A stretch of 62,563 nucleotides of DNA, filler included, from Asterionella formosa (taxonomy: Eukaryota), in NCBI GenBank assembly GCA_002256025.1. It is 5 parts of 5 records of this genome, joined end to end, with 100 filler letters (N's around TTAATTAATTAA, not from the genome) between each part and the next. Parts side by side here need not be neighbours in the genome. Positions count along the whole stretch, not along the records: positions 1 to 28,448 come from NKIB01001224.1; 4 more parts are not named here. One strand, written 5' to 3'. A program made the translations under genes and the position numbers. Of this stretch, positions 1-11,550 are shown piece by piece (the stretch's first letter is position 1; every line of letters begins with the position of its first letter). Below the pieces are notes generated by a model. That model was not told the DNA's origin. It searched no databases and worked only from the letters and a program-made list of their open reading frames with translations.

Positions 1-728
1 GCGCTTTGCTACATTTCTACTACGAGTTCGTATCAGAAGCTACATGACGAATACTCAGCTAGAGAGAGTCAATAGTTCTGGAGCAGCGTGGCGATCACGC
101 TTGCTCAGAATGGAATGATCAGGGTTGCTTGTTTGGTGGGCAGCGGAGAGGAATGACTGTGGCGGAAATACTGCTACTGGTGTCAGGCTACTACAGCGAT
201 GCGCATGGTTGCAGAAACCAGACCATTTACGCTAAATAACGATGCAGGTCTACATTGGGTTGAGCTTTTCCCTTCTTATTTCGGTCTTCAATTGTGTGGT
301 GATGGAAAGTGAATGTTGCCTGCTGGTGTGTAAGTACTACAATGATTCACAATGCATACGTCCCCATTGGAACTCTTATTTTTTATTTCATTTCTAACCC
401 AAAACAATTTTCTCTATTTCTCATTTGATGCTACTTATTACATCGCATTTCATACTTTGGTTGCTCCAAACATCATGTTCAATTTTCATTGATGTTGCAT
501 GTTACAATCATTCTCGTGTGTTTTACGCTTGTTGTACCATCTCCATGCATATTACCGTTATTTTGGTTGTCATGCTAAAATCGGCAATTTTATTGCCGAA
601 AAATTCGATGTGCCCCATATTGCCCTTAAATAAAAATTACTTAAGAAATTACTTAAGAAATTACTTAGAGACTAAAAATTACTTAGAAGTACCCGAATGG
701 CAAGACGATAGCTGGAGCGGGAATTGCC
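1..728. repeat. Dispersed repeat, probably a transposon relic; second copy at about 28750-29460
   Basis: Near-collinear match to 28750-29460 (GCGCTTTGCTACAT...GCTGGAGCGGGAATTGC). Contains a 12-bp AAATTACTTAAG tandem expansion at about 635-688 that is shorter in the other copy. Confidence 0.85.
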
Positions 729-1076
729 GTTACAGAGATATATTTGTGAAATGCATCTCTGTAAAGACTCATTTTTTTCTGAAGATGAAATAAAAAATAA
801 TTTGTATCTCTGTTAAGATTGGCCCTTAATTTTGCTGAGTCTGGTGCACATGTTTGAGGAGACATTTTAAAAAGGCAAACTCTTTTGTTTTTATTTGAAT
901 TTCTATAAAGATGTTTTTGCATCAAATCTTCGAAAAGATGAAAAATATGTATCTAAATTAACCCCTATTTTACGATTTCTTCTGTTTTTTAATCTCAGTC
1001 ATGCAGATGATTGAAATAGGTTTGTGGATCCCAAACTTTTAGGTTTGTGGATCCCAAACTATCATTATATGAAGCC

Positions 1077-1940
1077 ATGGTCACAACACTCTTATTGATA
1101 GACGTCCAGAAGGACTTCCATCCTGGAGGATCGCTAGGTATTCCATCAGCTAGCGAAGATGCTGAACGAATCGCGAAACTGATTGCTACTCATGGCAGTA
1201 AAATCGACAGGATTGTCGCCACTTTGGACTCGCATCATAAGCTGCACATTGCACATTCGTGCTTTTGGTTCGACGGGCTTGGACAACACCCAGCGCCATT
1301 CACGATCATTTCTACCGCTGATCTTGAAGCGGGAAAGTGGAAACCTCGAAGCGATTTGCGTTGGGACCAATACCCACTGGACGCTGTCGTGTTTGCCGGA
1401 GCGCAGGAACTCATGAAAGGGGACGGGACATTGAACCTTGACAAGTATGTATTAGAATACTCCAAGCGTCTAGAAGCAAAGGGACGCTTTCAGATATGTA
1501 TTTGGCCGGAACATTGTCTCATCGCCACGAATGGACAAGCGACTGTAGATGTTGTCCGGGACGCGGTTGACAATTGGTCCAATTTGACAGGAGGGACAGT
1601 AGAATTCATCATGAAGGGACAGCACCTTTTGACTGAGATGTATTCAGCTCTCGAAGCGGATGTTCCCGTTTCGCAGGAAACTGCGTTCAACGAAAACCTA
1701 CTGCAATCCTTGCTCAAGGCCGACAAACTGTTAGTATGTGGCCAAGCATTGAGCCATTGTGTCAACTACACTCTCAGGGATATTGTATCACATTGGCCCA
1801 AGGAAGGACTTGGAAAAATTGTTTTACTCACAGATTGTGCTTCTTCAGTTCCTGGGTTTGAAGTGGCTGCAGACCAATGTAAAATTGATATGGAGAAAGC
1901 TGGGATTCAATTAAAAAAGGCTGAAGAAATTTTTAGTTGA
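1077..1940 (+). CDS. Nicotinamidase/pyrazinamidase (isochorismatase-family cysteine hydrolase)
   Basis: Motifs LLLIDVQKDF, LDSH..LHIAH, WPEHC, KG...EMYSA and GQALSHCV (catalytic D/K/C). First in-frame ATG is at 1077. Confidence 0.88.
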   Translation: MVTTLLLIDVQKDFHPGGSLGIPSASEDAERIAKLIATHGSKIDRIVATLDSHHKLHIAHSCFWFDGLGQHPAPFTIISTADLEAGKWKPRSDLRWDQYPLDAVVFAGAQELMKGDGTLNLDKYVLEYSKRLEAKGRFQICIWPEHCLIATNGQATVDVVRDAVDNWSNLTGGTVEFIMKGQHLLTEMYSALEADVPVSQETAFNENLLQSLLKADKLLVCGQALSHCVNYTLRDIVSHWPKEGLGKIVLLTDCASSVPGFEVAADQCKIDMEKAGIQLKKAEEIFS

Positions 1941-1992
1941 TCGAATTAGATGTGATGCACATTATCTATCAAACTAAATTAGTTCTTTCAAA

Positions 1993-4191
1993 TTACGTTG
2001 CTCCCGTTACATCATTAGTGAGAGAAGCAAATGATGTGACCCGAGCAATAGCTAGCGATCCCACTTGCCAATGACGTTCGCCTCTATACCTCCGTGCAAT
2101 CATTTTCAATTGTGGCATTGAAATCCTTACATGCTCCAACGCACGAGAAAGTTGAATCAAGCATTCTTCCAAATGTTGCCATTTGTACCCAGTTCCAACG
2201 GCAAGACAATCTGCCCAAAGTGGCTGCAGCCCCAACGTTTGCTTCGCCAAGACAATGACACAAGCAGCAATCAAAGATGGGCGGAAATTGAGATACAATG
2301 GCGTCTGTAGGGCCAATTCAGAGAGAAAGGAAATCATGGAATCCATCAATCCATCGTCAACAGCGATTTTGGCGATGTATGCATGAGAGAAACTGGAGAT
2401 AGAAGGTATTGCAAGACCGAATTTGAGGTTCTCTAGAATGAAACGAAGACACACGTCAACGTCTTTGGTTTCAAATGTGTTGTCCGAAGAGAAAGTCAGA
2501 TCTCTGGCACTTACTGCTACAGAGTTGGGATCAATCTGACTCGCCAAGAGGAAGCAGGATCCCAGAGCTAGCTGGTGTCGCTCCCATGGTATTTCTCCGT
2601 AGGCAGCGAGAAAAATCTCAAAGTAGCCCATTGCCTGAAAGACCGCCTGTCGGCTGACGGAACAAAGGACTTCCGCCATCTCAAACAGCCAATCTGTCAG
2701 TGCTGCCCATTGGTAATCATCCACATGATATCTAGTGGGGTCAGGAGAAGCGCACAATCTCTCTTGTGCCAATAATCTTTGAATCTGGCACGCTGCAAGA
2801 TCATGTGGCATTTTGTGACTTCCAGGTTTTCCACTAAGAAAACGATGCTCGAGTGTTTCTCTAGGATCCATTCGTTCCGCAATATTCGGATGCAGCAGCT
2901 GCTGGATGAAATCAATACCTTCTTCATCCAACATTGGAATTTCTCTTTTGAGAAAGGCACGAAAAGTGGTGTTTGTTTCAATTGAGCTGCCAACGAAGTT
3001 GTGAATTTGCTTCAATAGACATGCAGTGGATCTAGCCGAAAAAAGGGGAACACCGCACCGAGCAATTTGAGCGCAGATGCAGCCGAGGGCCCACATATCA
3101 GTTTTAGAATCAACATGGTGAGTATTCTGGAGCGAATCAGGAGATCTACAATGCAATTGGCTTTTTTCCGATCGAAATGAACCTGAACGCATATGCAATG
3201 GACAAGCAAGACAGAGAGAGTTCCCATCATCGGTAACAAAAATAGATTTGGGACAGAAATCTCCATGAAAACCATGTCGGCAGTCCGTCCATGGATTAGA
3301 ATTGTCATAAATCGCGATGATTGCAGTGCATAAATCTCGCATCCAGCATTTCAGGGTCGGCAATGGGATCGGTAGTACTGTGGGAACTCGTCTGAGGTTT
3401 GGATTCACACAATTTACGGAAGTATCGAACCAATCTTGCAGGGAATGTTTGGTCGGGCGATACCAGGTCAATAACTTCGCGCCTTGGATATCCACTCCAA
3501 TAGGCAATGATATGCAGTAAGTATTTTCATGTGCATCCATGAATGATTCCCCCATGATCAAATGAGCCGCCTGAAGTTCCCGAAGTTGTTCGGTGCATCC
3601 GATGGCCATATCCCTCGTCTTCATCGTATACACCTTATTTGTGGCCCGATCTCTCATCGTATAGATTAGCTCACCATGAGGACGTCGCTCGATTGCTCCT
3701 ACCTTCACGAAGCCTACCAAAGAACTCTGAACTCCAGTGGCATGAGAGGTCGATATATCCTTCCATGCTGATAATCTATAGTTCTTTCCTGAGCCGTCAG
3801 CTTTCGACCAAAGCACGACCGAATTGGCCATTGTTTTCCAGATTTTGCAAACACAAGAAATGCTCCGAAAAGTGTTTCCATCTACTTGCGCATTCGCTGA
3901 TGAAACAATGAACGTCATGATATAAAGAAGCAAATCATCAGCCAATACGCTCATAACATTTGTTGCACTACATTTCGATGTTGCAAATGTCACTTCGTTA
4001 CTGCTTTGATTCTGTTCAACGACGCTATCACTAGGCTGATAATATCTATTCAAAAGTTCCGACTTCGCCTTTTTGTGCCGCTTGATATTTCTTGTTGAAG
4101 GGTCCCGTTGGTTTTCCAAATTTCGACACCTTCGAAGGGGTCTACCAGTGACGGAGAGAGACTGATCGCTGCAGCTGTTGGGAGAGAACAT
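1993..4191 (-). CDS. F-box + CDK-like (pseudo)kinase + cyclin N/C fusion protein
   Basis: F-box LADDLLLYIMTF...ISCVCKIWK...LW. Kinase remnants YTMK, EQLREL, HGD, RSPD, DMWALGCI, RMDPRETLEHRFL. Cyclin box WAALTDWLFEM, HQLALGSCFLLAS, PSLIAAC. One uninterrupted ORF; first ATG is at 4191. Confidence 0.85.
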   Translation of the reverse strand: MFSPNSCSDQSLSVTGRPLRRCRNLENQRDPSTRNIKRHKKAKSELLNRYYQPSDSVVEQNQSSNEVTFATSKCSATNVMSVLADDLLLYIMTFIVSSANAQVDGNTFRSISCVCKIWKTMANSVVLWSKADGSGKNYRLSAWKDISTSHATGVQSSLVGFVKVGAIERRPHGELIYTMRDRATNKVYTMKTRDMAIGCTEQLRELQAAHLIMGESFMDAHENTYCISLPIGVDIQGAKLLTWYRPTKHSLQDWFDTSVNCVNPNLRRVPTVLPIPLPTLKCWMRDLCTAIIAIYDNSNPWTDCRHGFHGDFCPKSIFVTDDGNSLCLACPLHMRSGSFRSEKSQLHCRSPDSLQNTHHVDSKTDMWALGCICAQIARCGVPLFSARSTACLLKQIHNFVGSSIETNTTFRAFLKREIPMLDEEGIDFIQQLLHPNIAERMDPRETLEHRFLSGKPGSHKMPHDLAACQIQRLLAQERLCASPDPTRYHVDDYQWAALTDWLFEMAEVLCSVSRQAVFQAMGYFEIFLAAYGEIPWERHQLALGSCFLLASQIDPNSVAVSARDLTFSSDNTFETKDVDVCLRFILENLKFGLAIPSISSFSHAYIAKIAVDDGLMDSMISFLSELALQTPLYLNFRPSLIAACVIVLAKQTLGLQPLWADCLAVGTGYKWQHLEECLIQLSRALEHVRISMPQLKMIARRYRGERHWQVGSLAIARVTSFASLTNDVTGAT

Positions 4192-4344
4192 TGTGGGCCG
4201 AGGGCTAGGCTGCGTGTTTTTCTTCGTCTTGTTTGGTGCTCTCAATCTTGTTTTGATTTTTGACGAATTACCGGTCTACTCGTCATTTTTTGATGCTCTT
4301 TTTCTTTGTTGATTGAGGGCTGTTCGCTATCCACTTTGACTGTG

Positions 4345-4499
4345 TTTGAATTTCAAATTGCGGTTAATATACCGGTATATAAAGGCGCACGTCGAATAAC
4401 ACGAGGTGGAAAACGAGTTATTAACCGTTAGTGTTACTCAGACCATAACAACAAGGTTTTATAACGCTTGCCGTCACGAGTACTCCAATCCCAACCGTT
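4345..4499 (-). promoter_or_regulatory. CHR (TTTGAA) and MSA-like (AACGG) cell-cycle promoter elements upstream of the cyclin fusion gene
   Basis: TTTGAA at 4345-4350 and TTCAAA at 4352-4357. CCGTT at 4425 and 4495. The 14-mer CAATCCCAACCGTT at 4486-4499 is identical to 41775-41788 upstream of CDC20. Confidence 0.55.
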
Positions 4500-4510
4500 G
4501 CTAGCAGGGT

Positions 4511-7409
4511 TAGGGTTCAAATGCAGGAATCGTGGAAGGAGGAACATAAATATATCTTATCCAGGTATCTTATGATGATATACATCTTTCAATTACCCGT
4601 ACGTATATCATATGGAATTATTCTTTAGTCTGCAACAAGGAGGGTCATCCTTACACTAATAACGACAGTATGCATTCATACAATCTCTGTATATGAAACA
4701 TTCTATGTAGACATTTTGCTTTCATAAATACTTCTATTGTGAGCTTATAAAACTAGAGATAAATTTACAATAAATTCAAGTCCATTTATTTCAGATCAAG
4801 TTCGAATCTTTTGCCCAAGCTTTCATAAAGATAACCAAGTAAGGATAATGTTCTGTACTTAATCATTCAATCTTTCTTTTAATACTAGAGTGCTAGTAGG
4901 GTGTAGATAAGGATAGACTGTTATCCTGGTACCAGGATCTCATCGGTGTCTGAATGAAGATCATGTATTATTCCACCAGTAGCCTTCCAGCAGGTACGGC
5001 TGTGAGGACGTTTCACAGTAACAGTACCGTACCCTGGTGGTATCATGATACAGTGCATTTTCCCATCACCTGTGGTACGTCATACCACAAAGAATGCATG
5101 ACAAGAAAAATGGTTTTGCTTGATTGGGCTGCATACTGGCTGCTGTGGATGTTGACAAGATGATAACAGCAAATCTTGTGAATGGTGATAACAACACATG
5201 GAGCAGTCCTCGTGACAGATGGAAATTTGCATCGTTATGTCTTTTATGGCAGGTGCGTCATGTAGGCCAATGGTTATTTGAAAAATCGAATATTTTTATT
5301 TTTGTGACCACCCTCCTTCGATGGCTGAACCTCATTGGCTTGCAAGACGGTTTTTTGCAACATAGGTCCATCACGGTTGCTGTTCTTGTTAATGATAACA
5401 ATAAGTCCCTGTTGTGAATCAAGGAGCAGCAGATGCATAGCTAGCTTAACCACGAGACTATAAAGTGGATATTTGTTAATTCAATTCCTATGAATATATA
5501 GTAGTGAACAAAAGTTTGTGCTCCTAAAATATGGTGACATCACTCAGCCATGGGACCAGCACATTCTCTTCCAAATGTATCCATCTGCACCTGACAACAT
5601 CCTTCCACTACAGCATTACCAAATTATTTTAGTCCCTGAACATCATTTTGATGGCTCAAAGATCATCACAAGAAACTAGGAAATAGTTTTCCTCATTCAT
5701 GCCTTCTATAAATATTTTCATATTGCATTTTCTAAAAATGCACTTGAACACTGTGCCTGCTTCAGAAAAAGTTTATAAAAGAAGACGGATGATAGGACAT
5801 TCCAGCAATGACAATCAACAACAATGACTTTGAGGATCATGATAACTTTGACACCAGCCTCAATGGTGGGCTTACCTTCTCCATCACCATCTTTGCCTTT
5901 CTGACAAGAATCATTGAGGACACCACCAAAGCTCTATCCTCCAAATGGATTATTCTCTCCAAACTCTACCATAGAGGATTGGATGGAGTGGAGTAGTCAA
6001 ATTATGTTGGGATTATTAAATGCTGCGATGTTTTTTTGGTTTGATAATGATACAGCAATTAATGTATTGAAATGGTTTTGCTCACACAGCCCATGCATCA
6101 CGCCAGAATTTTGATACATGGATCCAAATCAATTTGAGTATGAAGGTAAATGTGGTTACTATTTCATACTAGCATATATCATAACAAGCTACTATTGATA
6201 AATACATTGATTCTTATGTAGAAAGATATAATCGAAAGAAAAGGCCAGTGCAGAACGACAAACAACGACGGAACAAGCGATCAAAATTGACCATGGAAGC
6301 GATCAAATCGGAAATCCGACAATTAGTATCTACAATCACATTCAGTGTTTCACTGTTATACTTACCGATCCGCTATAACAACAAGCGTAACATGCAGCAG
6401 ACAACGGGATCTTAAGGAAGTCGAAAGTTCCTTTTGCAAGCCCGAATTGAGCAACGGCAGGCAGGATAGAGTGGGCATTATAATCGTGAGAACGAAATCG
6501 GGCATATGTAAAATTTATGAATATGTGAAGCAAATAATTTAACATAATAGTCTTGGAAAGATAATACAAAGTCTTCATTAAAGTTTAGCTTAAACCATGG
6601 GTGGTTATTTTTAGTATCACGTACGTACATAGGCTAAATGACTAGAGTATCAGTTAAGTATCACATACATCACCGGAGCAATAACTTGCCGCCAACATCA
6701 GATGTATCGATATTATCAATATGGATGATAGCGACTGCATGAATCCATCGAAAAGACAAGCAAGCCAACATACAACTGCATCCGTTTGACAACAAGAAAT
6801 TGCTACTGGTGTCATCAATGAACTAATTTCGCTTCAGACTGGGCATGATGGACGATGATTGGCATATAATTGTTCATTCAAAGAATTGGACAACGCGACT
6901 ACATGCATCCCAAGAAAAGACAAGCAAGTAATAATCCAACAACCTACCGCATCCATTTGACAACGAATCGCTACTGGTGTCATCAATGAACTCATTTCGA
7001 TTTAGACTGGGCATGGTGAAAGTGAATTCCTGTAGTCTGTTTTCAGGCGACAAACAAAATCAAGGTGAATACTAGATATCATTTAATCAAATCTGTAGAG
7101 TATCTACTATGGTTTCCTTATCTAGACCCCTTGCCGATTTCGGCAAGGGGTCGGCAATCCCAGGGCTTGAAAGAAACCGAGGGGCAATTGGCGTCAGTTG
7201 CCTTGCCAAAATGCTAACACATGAAATTTACAACATATATTTTAATGATGGGCAATATCGGACCTTTGGCAAGATTTTACGTTAAGATAGGAAATAAAGG
7301 AAATAGATTTTGCATGATGGGCTATAGTAAGCTAAAAATGACATTTGTGTTTATATGTGGGCAATAGGTAAGCGAATGGCGCGACGATAGCTAGCTTGTG
7401 AATTGCCTT
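4511..7409. mobile_element. Composite of decayed transposon sequence ending in a TIR-like end
   Basis: No credible ORF. 6190-6306 is the reverse complement of 28549-28640. Internal direct repeat at 6750-6850/6913-7020. The end at 7388-7409 is the reverse complement of 54774-54795. Boundaries are approximate. Confidence 0.55.
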
Positions 7410-7748
7410 CTCGGTGGCTACTTGCCTTCACGTATACATGTGTACTGGCAGGCAAGAGACCACCTCGGGCGTGTCTTGCTTTTTTTCAGGATGATGGAGT
7501 TGTGGGGTGAATATATTTATTTATTCATATTCAGTTGGATCTTGTCAGTGATTTTTCCGATTCTATTGCCCTGGCATCCGAATCCTCTCCGTAACGACGA
7601 GTGCTCCACGTGAGTATGAAATGTGGGCATTTGCACCTGCTCGCTGTGAAACGAAGCCGCGATTGGTTACTTCTATTGATCTCAGCCAATATTCAGTCAC
7701 CAAGATCCTCTGAGCATAGTACCAACTTGTATTATTGTTTTTTTTCAA

Positions 7749-8608
7749 ATGCGAATGCGATTATTGCTATCAGTTGCATCCCTGACCGGATCCGCCTTTG
7801 CCAAATCGAACACGTCAGCCTTTGTATTATCGTCTATAGGAAACCTAGAGGCTCGAGTTGCTTCACTTAGCACTTCCACAACGTCTCAACTATACATGAC
7901 AATTGATCCCGAATATCCTGGCACTGCCGTCGAGCGCATGCTGGCCGTGCGAGACCGCGTCAAGAAGTTAGCGGAAACGGATGTGTTCAATGGGAGATGG
8001 GAAGACGTGAGGAAAAAGATTTTGTGGTGTGGTGGTCTCAAAGACTTGCCTGACGCACTCCCAGGTCAAGGGTATACCGGGCATTCCTTTAACGACTTTA
8101 ATCACGTCGATTTGACTGCTATGAGAGATGTCGAGTCTGATAACCAAAATGAAGGAAGGGTACGTTGTCGCTGCTGACCTATTTCTATTTCAATGATCAT
8201 GTCGAAACTCATCGTCAAGCACGTGTGTATCTCTATCTTCCATGCCAGGTCGCTGGAATCGCCTATGGAAATCCACTTGGGAATGGAATTCGCTTAGCAT
8301 CGCTTCCAGAACTCGGTCCTGGTGGCTCATGGTCCACTTGTGCCATGGGTTGCAACAAGGACCCTCCAGTTGACGTAGCACATGTGCAGTTTAGGTCCAG
8401 AATCGCCTTCAAATTAGTCTGGGTCCCTAACGAGCAATACGACACGTTTGTGCTCGTAGACGACGATGGCGACCTTCTTGCCAAGGGAACACCATCAAAT
8501 GGTCCAGAGGGCCTTCCTTCGTTGCGAGAAAGACAGCAAAACTTCCTGATCGTTAAGGGTTCCAAGTATGCAAGAGAAGCGGCTGCATTGGCAAGAACCG
8601 TTGAGTAA
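7749..8608 (+). CDS. Uncharacterized plastid-targeted protein, 2 exons (7749-8159, 8249-8608)
   Basis: A phase-0 GTACGT...CCAG intron at 8160-8248 joins two ORFs in frame. Signal peptide followed by GSA|FAK, an ASAFAP-like motif. Confidence 0.8.
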
Positions 8609-9120
8609 ACGACTTTCCGTGTGATTCATGAATACGCGATCAACAAACTGCCGGTCCACACAAAGGCTTGCCATTTGTCAGTACTATGTTTTTAAAGAAA
8701 GGACCACCTGGTACCAGGTGCAGTAAACTATAATATGATATCTACACGAGCGAGTTTCATGCATCGTTAATTGTATTTTTTGTCATCCCACCCGTCACGT
8801 TATATGTCGAAGAAATTTTAATGAGACCTGTGACTAAACAATCACCATGATCACATATTGTTCATCCTCATAACTGTAGGTGTCAATAAAAATGGTCGGA
8901 CAGTACGACAAAACAAGCGACTTTTGTTGTCAATATTGTTTCTGTCGAGCTACAAACGTCCTGTCGCCCCTAAAGGATAGAAGAAATGGGATCGCTCATC
9001 TAATGGGAGAACTCTAATCTATTCAAGACGACAAAAGCATCGCCATCTCTGCGACATGAAAGTGCGTGCGATTAATTTGCCAAGTAGCCCAACTCTGGTG
9101 AAAACAGCAAATGTCTAGGG

Positions 9121-10933
9121 TTAGGCTCCACCATCATCTTGCTCACATTCCCCAAATCCAGCTTCTCTTGCTTGCTCGAAATAGAGATTAATGAGGTGAG
9201 GCCCTGGCTTCACGATTTGGCATCGTACATCCACCAGCTGGTCTTTGGTAGTTTCATGTTTTCCAAACTGAGCCATGAGCCACATTCGATCCAATCCCAG
9301 CGGAAGCAGCTGGACAGGAACAGGCCATTCAACTACTGCAGAGCCTTCGAAATCAATTGGGGCCAAGTTACTCTCGTCTGCAATGGTCAACGCATAACTG
9401 TGTGCTTTGTTTGCAAGAGGGATTTTGTGCCATGCTTGAATCCGATCTTGTTCCTTCAATTCGACTTCAGTCAAGCCCTTCAAAATGAGCATTTCGCTGC
9501 TTTCGGTTTTGTTTTTCCCGTCGCATCCGTCGAATCTAGTCGTTTCCTTCTGTAACGACACGAGCGCATACTCCTTCTCATTACCAAAGAAGTTGACCAA
9601 CGACCAGGTGGTATGAGCACTGGTGAATGGTTCTCCGTCGACTGTGTAAATCTGATGTAAGCGTTCGCTCAATTCATGTCTAACAGGGAGCAGTTCCAAC
9701 GAAGTCCTCAACCATGTCATGGCGGGTTTCCAAGACCGTTTACGAAGTGCCCATACCACAGAAACTCCAATAGCACAGGAGTGCTCCTCCAAGATGATCC
9801 ATTCACGATGAGGAGCTTTGCGACTGTCCATGCCTGCTAAGAATCGTACAAGAAACTCGCACCTAGAAAGTTCAGTTGCTCCCCAAAATTTGTCACAATG
9901 CCCGGCTTTACGCCAATCAACAATGCGCCCAGTGTGATATTGATTTCCATTGGGACAATATATACGTATAGCTTTTCCCACCAGAAAATCTGGCGTTTGG
10001 AGTACCGGATCAGTGGCTGGCGCCTTCCATTCTGTGAGTGCGTCGTGGTGCAATTTAGAAAGTCGGTCGAGCTCAGAAAGAGGGATTCCATCCCCCTTTG
10101 TGCTGGTTTCATTCTCCTCTTCCATTTCTGTCAGCTGCATGATTCCACCTTTCAGTTGTGCCTCGACAAATGCGTGGCTATTCTCGAAGTTGGCACGGTC
10201 TTCATTTACCTTGTCAAAATACTCTTCCAACCCCCCAGTTGATCCTTTCGGGCTACAGTCAATGCAGTAATATTCCTCGTTTGGAACCTCCGAAAATTCC
10301 GGCAAGCAACATTGTAGATGATACTCCGAACCGCATCCTGGTCCATCGCATAAGAGTATGGGTTCCAAGTGAAGTTCCATGTCCCTGGCACCGCAACAAC
10401 CAGCACAAACATCTGAAGGATTCTTAGGCAAAGGTCGTCCGTACAGCTGGTCCACCATTGACTTTGACTTTCGCGTATTAATTTTGGGAGGCAGTATCGC
10501 CTTTATTTTCAGAGCGATCTTGTTGGTTCTGAGCGACTTCGGCGAGTCATGAGCGCCAGGCACTGTGCCGTCGTTCTGCCCCCGACGGTGCCTACTATTG
10601 CCGTAGACAACCGATGAGCCATGGTCGTCGTCAATACTTCTTTTTCTCGAATACTGAGATCGATCTTTTAGATTCCTGCAGCGTCTACGTACACATGCTT
10701 CTTTTCCAGTACCGTCCCCGCCAAACTTGACCTGAATGCCCCCGTACATATGTGGAATAACACGAAGTTGTCAAAACAATGAAACAACATCGCACGCAGT
10801 TTTCGATTCCTTTTCCATTGTTTCGTACCTTCCTTAAGCATTGCTTGCAACATCCACAATCTGTATTGTTGCATGCTTCGCATTCCCCACACCGTATTCG
10901 GTTCAGCTTTGCTCGGGGTCCTGGCATGGTCAT
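9121..10933 (-). CDS. CXXC zinc finger + PHD finger chromatin protein with a Tudor-like segment, 2 exons (10933-10829, 10731-9121)
   Basis: Splicing out the intron at 10732-10828 gives RCGECEACNNTDCGCCKQCLRK|VKFGGDGTGKEACVRRRC, a CXXC finger with KFGG. PHD C4HC3: CAGC...CDGPGC...HLQC...CIDC. LVGKAIRIYCP..QYHTGRIVDW is Tudor-like. Confidence 0.82.
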
Positions 10934-11550
10934 GTCACCAAGAACATTGGGGTAATAGTGTGCAATAGTGTGATACTTGTTTGTTTGTACCGGTAATAGC
11001 AACCTGCATACCGAAACTAAAGTAATAATTACTCCGTACCAGGTAACAGGTACTAAAACACGAGTATTTAGTGATAGTATAACGGTATATATATGCCCGA
11101 CCTTCTGCTCAATACTCCGAGTAAATAATAGATACCGGTATACAGCATTTACTGTCTAAGCATATGCTGTACAGTATATACACTACTTGGATATTGATAC
11201 ACAAATTAAGGTTCAGACACGTTGTTTTCTAAATTTCGCCTTGAAAAAGGAAAAGTATAAAAATTGAATGGTGGAACATAGATACCGGTATTGGAGTTTA
11301 TTTGTACCGTAAAAGACAAGAAAAAGGAAATAAACGAAAAGTCAAAAAATCGTGAACAATGGGGGAAAACGTAGTATGGTAACAACCAGGTGTGGGTGTC
11401 AGGGGTACCTTTCACGCGACTACTCGGTATGTACCGGGTAGTTTAGTTCACCAAAGCAATACCATCGCAGCTTGCCGAAGGTTGACCACTGCCGCTTCTT
11501 GCACATGATAGAAGAAAGGAGGAGTTCGACGTGCGGTAATATTGTCAAAA

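Noticed and set aside
425..793. ORF repeated at 29189-29443
   Set aside because: Lies within a dispersed repeat, starts at TTG and has a different C-terminus in each copy. No evidence of coding.
1018..1060. Tandem 20-bp duplication containing GGATCC upstream of the nicotinamidase
   Set aside because: Two copies only; consistent with a local duplication.
4506..4517. Telomere-like AGGGTTAGGGTT
   Set aside because: Only two units, internal, and overlapping the shared 17-mer.
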